Shown here: one piece after another, positions 60,922 through 64,000 of the stretch | Layout: every line of letters starts with the position of its first letter | Numbering within the stretch: the stretch's first letter is position 1 | Source: Ignavibacteriota bacterium | GTDB lineage: Bacteria > Bacteroidota > Ignavibacteria > UBA10030 | DNA: 64,000 nt | NCBI GenBank assembly: GCA_963701295.1 | Contig: OY969585.1 | Location: 256,001 to 320,000 of the forward strand | Direction of reading: 5' to 3' | Translations under genes and position numbers: made by a program | The notes under the pieces: model-generated | Seen by the model: the letters and a program-made list of their open reading frames with translations, nothing else | What the model was told of the DNA's origin: nothing | The model's database searches: none

Positions 60922-62835
60922 ATGTATCGCTCAAGTCAATGTGAGGTTATGAACCCATTCGCAAAATTCGCATTGCCACCTCTTAGTGTAGCATTTTTGG
61001 CACCAGATACATCTCTGGCACAAGAACGCGATCGCAGTAAAATTGCCGACCAATATAAATGGAATCTTGCCGATATCTATCCATCCGATGCAGCATGGAA
61101 AGAAGCTAAACAGAAGCTAATCGAAGAACTGCCAGTGGTCAAAAAATATCAGGGCACACTCAGTTCATCCACACAGCAGTTATTGGGATGCCTCGATCTC
61201 GTTACAAATCTCAATAAAGAATTTACTCGGCTCTACACGTATGCGAGTTTGAGTTTGGACCAAGACACGCGCGTGCAATCATATCTGGGATTGCAGCAAG
61301 AGATGAGCCAGCTCGGTGCTACCTTTGGCGCGAAGACTGCATTCATCGAACCAGAGATTCTGAAGATCGATCAAGTACAAGTACAGGAATTCTTGAAGAG
61401 TGAAAAGAAGCTTGAAATTTATCGCCATTATTTGGATGACATACTTCGCCGCAAAGCTCACACAGGCACCGAGGGTGAAGAGAAAATTATCGCAGATGCC
61501 GGATTAATGTCGGATGCACCATCCAGCATTCACGACATTTTCACTAATGCAGATTTCCCCTATCCAGAAATAACACTGAGCGATGGGAAAACGGTGAAGT
61601 TAGATCAAGCCGGATTCAGCCTTCAACGCACTTCTACAATTCGAAAGGATAGAAAAGAGGTTTTCGCTGCGTTTATGGGTAAGCTGAATGATTACCGGCG
61701 AACATACGGTACAGAGTTGAATGCGCAAGTGAAGAAAGACCTCTTCTATAAGAATGCAAGGAAATACAATTCGTGTCTTGAAAGTGCACTCGATGGAAGT
61801 AATATTCCTACGCAGGTGTATCACAGTCTGGTAGATAACGTCAATAAGAACCTTGGCACCTTCCATCGCTATTTGAAACTGCGACAAAGAATTCTTGGTG
61901 TAGATCAATTGCATTATTATGACCTCTATGCACCTTTACTTGCCAACGTTGATTTGAAATACAACATTGAGGAATCACAGAAATATATCCTGGCTGCGCT
62001 TAAACCACTTGGTAATGATTATGTTGCTGTTATCAAGAGAGCATTCAACGAACGATGGCTTGACGTATATCCGACCGAAGGGAAACGCTCTGGCGCATAT
62101 TCTAACGGTTCGGCATACGACGTACATCCATACATCCTGCTCAATTACAATGGCAAGTATGATGACATGAGCACAATTGTGCACGAACTGGGACACACGA
62201 TGCACAGCTATCTGTCGAACACGCATCAGCCGTATGCGACTTCAGATTATCCTATATTTGTAGCGGAAGTTGCTTCCACATTTAACGAAGCGTTATTGAT
62301 TGATTACATGCTGAAGCAAATCAAAGACGACAATGTCAGACTCTCGCTACTTGGCAGTTATCTCGAGGGCATCAAGGGGACTGTCTTTAGACAAACGCAG
62401 TTCGCAGAATTTGAACTACGTATTCATGAAATGGCAGAAAAGGGCGAACCACTCACTGGCGATGTAATGAATAATGTTTATGACGAAATTGTTAAGAAGT
62501 ATTATGGGCACGACAAGAACGTATGCATTGTAGACGACGAGATCAAAGCAGAATGGATGTATATTCCGCATTTCTATTATAATTTTTACGTTTACCAATA
62601 CGCAACAGCATTTACCGCATCAGCGGCATTGTCCGAGCGAACATTAGCAGGTGACCACGATGCCACGAAGAAATATATCAAATTTCTTTCTTCCGGCGGA
62701 TCGGATTACCCCATCAACTTGCTGAAAACAGCTGGTGTTGACATGACAACCTCCGAGCCTTTTGAACTAACGATGAAGAGGATGAATCGCGTCATGGATG
62801 AGATGGAAAAGATTCTGAATACGATGAAGAAATAA
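60922..62835 (+). CDS. pepF: oligoendopeptidase F (M3B)
   Basis: GKRSGAYS, HELGH, VAEVASTFNE, IPHFYYNFYVYQY; start may be 60949. Confidence 0.95.
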   Translation: MYRSSQCEVMNPFAKFALPPLSVAFLAPDTSLAQERDRSKIADQYKWNLADIYPSDAAWKEAKQKLIEELPVVKKYQGTLSSSTQQLLGCLDLVTNLNKEFTRLYTYASLSLDQDTRVQSYLGLQQEMSQLGATFGAKTAFIEPEILKIDQVQVQEFLKSEKKLEIYRHYLDDILRRKAHTGTEGEEKIIADAGLMSDAPSSIHDIFTNADFPYPEITLSDGKTVKLDQAGFSLQRTSTIRKDRKEVFAAFMGKLNDYRRTYGTELNAQVKKDLFYKNARKYNSCLESALDGSNIPTQVYHSLVDNVNKNLGTFHRYLKLRQRILGVDQLHYYDLYAPLLANVDLKYNIEESQKYILAALKPLGNDYVAVIKRAFNERWLDVYPTEGKRSGAYSNGSAYDVHPYILLNYNGKYDDMSTIVHELGHTMHSYLSNTHQPYATSDYPIFVAEVASTFNEALLIDYMLKQIKDDNVRLSLLGSYLEGIKGTVFRQTQFAEFELRIHEMAEKGEPLTGDVMNNVYDEIVKKYYGHDKNVCIVDDEIKAEWMYIPHFYYNFYVYQYATAFTASAALSERTLAGDHDATKKYIKFLSSGGSDYPINLLKTAGVDMTTSEPFELTMKRMNRVMDEMEKILNTMKK

Positions 62836-63156
62836 GTTGTCAACGAACAAATGGCGCAAAGAACGTGGAACAATCTTAATGCTTGTTTGCTATGGTGTCC
62901 TTTTGTTTTCAATGAACATTTTCCACAAAATACTAGTTACCAAAAAGCCTTTTTTAACTCAACGAGTCATAAAAACAAACTAATACATTCTTAAAAAATA
63001 TTGTTGATTTCCCAGAATGAGAGAATGATATTTATGCTGTGAGAAGTTAAAAAAGAAGAGAGGATGACGTCCGCTTAAGAGAAAGAACTGTGCATTTACA
63101 TAGATGCAGTACAAAACCGTTCTTAAAAACAATACCACTCATGAAGGAGAAATGAA

Positions 63157-63807
63157 TTGTTTATCAGTCATGTTGCCGTTGGATTTGGCACAAAGAAACT
63201 TGCCCCGGAAGTAAAACTGGGAACTCTCCTCCTCGCGTCGCAATGGCTCGACCTTATTTTCCCGATTTTCGTATTGCTGGGATTGGAGCATGTCAAACCT
63301 GATCCCGGTAATACAGCATTCACACCCTATAATTTCTATGATTATCCTTTTTCACATAGTTTGCTGACGACGATGGGGTGGGCAATCCTAATTGGCGGTT
63401 CGTACTTCCTCATCAGACGACAATGGAAGGGAACTCTTGTGCTTGCCTGTGGAGTTCTCAGCCATTGGTTGCTCGATTTCATCGCACATCGCCCCGATAT
63501 GCCGATTGCACCAGGTCTGAAGACATATGTCGGACTTGGATTGTGGAATTCGATTCCTGCTACAGTAGTGATCGAGACTTGTTTATTCACTCTTGGTATA
63601 GTTTTTTATCTCCTCACAACCTCCGCGCGTGATCGTCTAGGACATATAGCACTTTGGTCGTTCGTCGGTATTCATGTTTTTCTTTTCATCGGCAATATTT
63701 TAAGTCGATTGCCAGTGGAAGAGACTGCAATGGCAATCGGTGGTCTTACGCAATGGCTCATTATTCCTTGGGCATATTGGATCGATCGACATCGACAAAC
63801 TCGATAA
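63157..63807 (+). CDS. membrane metal-dependent hydrolase-like protein
   Basis: MFISH, WLD, SHSL, SHWLLDFIAH; RBS AAGGAG. Confidence 0.8.
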   Translation: MFISHVAVGFGTKKLAPEVKLGTLLLASQWLDLIFPIFVLLGLEHVKPDPGNTAFTPYNFYDYPFSHSLLTTMGWAILIGGSYFLIRRQWKGTLVLACGVLSHWLLDFIAHRPDMPIAPGLKTYVGLGLWNSIPATVVIETCLFTLGIVFYLLTTSARDRLGHIALWSFVGIHVFLFIGNILSRLPVEETAMAIGGLTQWLIIPWAYWIDRHRQTR

Positions 63808-63880
63808 ATCCATCCGATGATTCACTTGATAAATATCACGGAAGTCTTTAAAAATTTATCCATCCATAAGGAGAATTAAC

Positions 63881-64000
63881 ATGTATCATACAATTCAAGA
63901 TTTTATTAATGATTGGAAGAACGAGAACGAAACAACATTGAAAGTGTTCAAGAATCTCACTGATGCTTCTCTCAATCAGAAAACCGCACTGGACGGCCGC
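63881..64000 (+). CDS. DinB family protein, 3'-truncated
   Basis: RBS AAGGAG; MYHTIQDFINDWKNENETTLKVFKNLTDASL. Confidence 0.65.
   Translation, partial: MYHTIQDFINDWKNENETTLKVFKNLTDASLNQKTALDGR

Noticed and set aside
1-64000. CRISPR array, transposase, integrase or prophage
   Set aside because: No regularly spaced repeats, and no such protein motifs in the ORF track

Overview
A ~43% GC bacterial chromosomal window. The gene repertoire and protein style suggest an Ignavibacteria-like member of the Bacteroidota/Chlorobi (FCB) group; this is an inference. 1-18 kb is an accessory run of co-oriented single genes with decayed attC-like (integron cassette) sites and pseudogenes, but no integrase. 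It is followed by proBA, a peptidoglycan-recycling-type operon (sugar kinase, GT2, GNAT, HIT-like DUF4922, SpoIID/LytB, hemerythrin, AmpG), TlpA/DsbD, redox/oxygen genes, peptidases, tRNA-Leu(CAG), a signalling cluster, a geranylgeranyl-reductase/ferredoxin/dnaG block with probable sequencing indels, a nitrogen operon and pepF. The best candidates for undescribed systems are: (1) a three-gene module of a secreted small protein ending in PCPPYC, a 6-7TM membrane protein and a translationally coupled PAS histidine kinase (43378-46039); (2) a nitrogen operon combining a degenerate PII, a porin-like protein, an APC permease, a PP2C phosphatase, a Ser/Thr kinase and an atypical GlnA (54135-60540); (3) the DUF4922/GT2/signal-peptide-less SpoIID/AmpG operon. 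All family calls come from reading motifs by eye; no searches were run.
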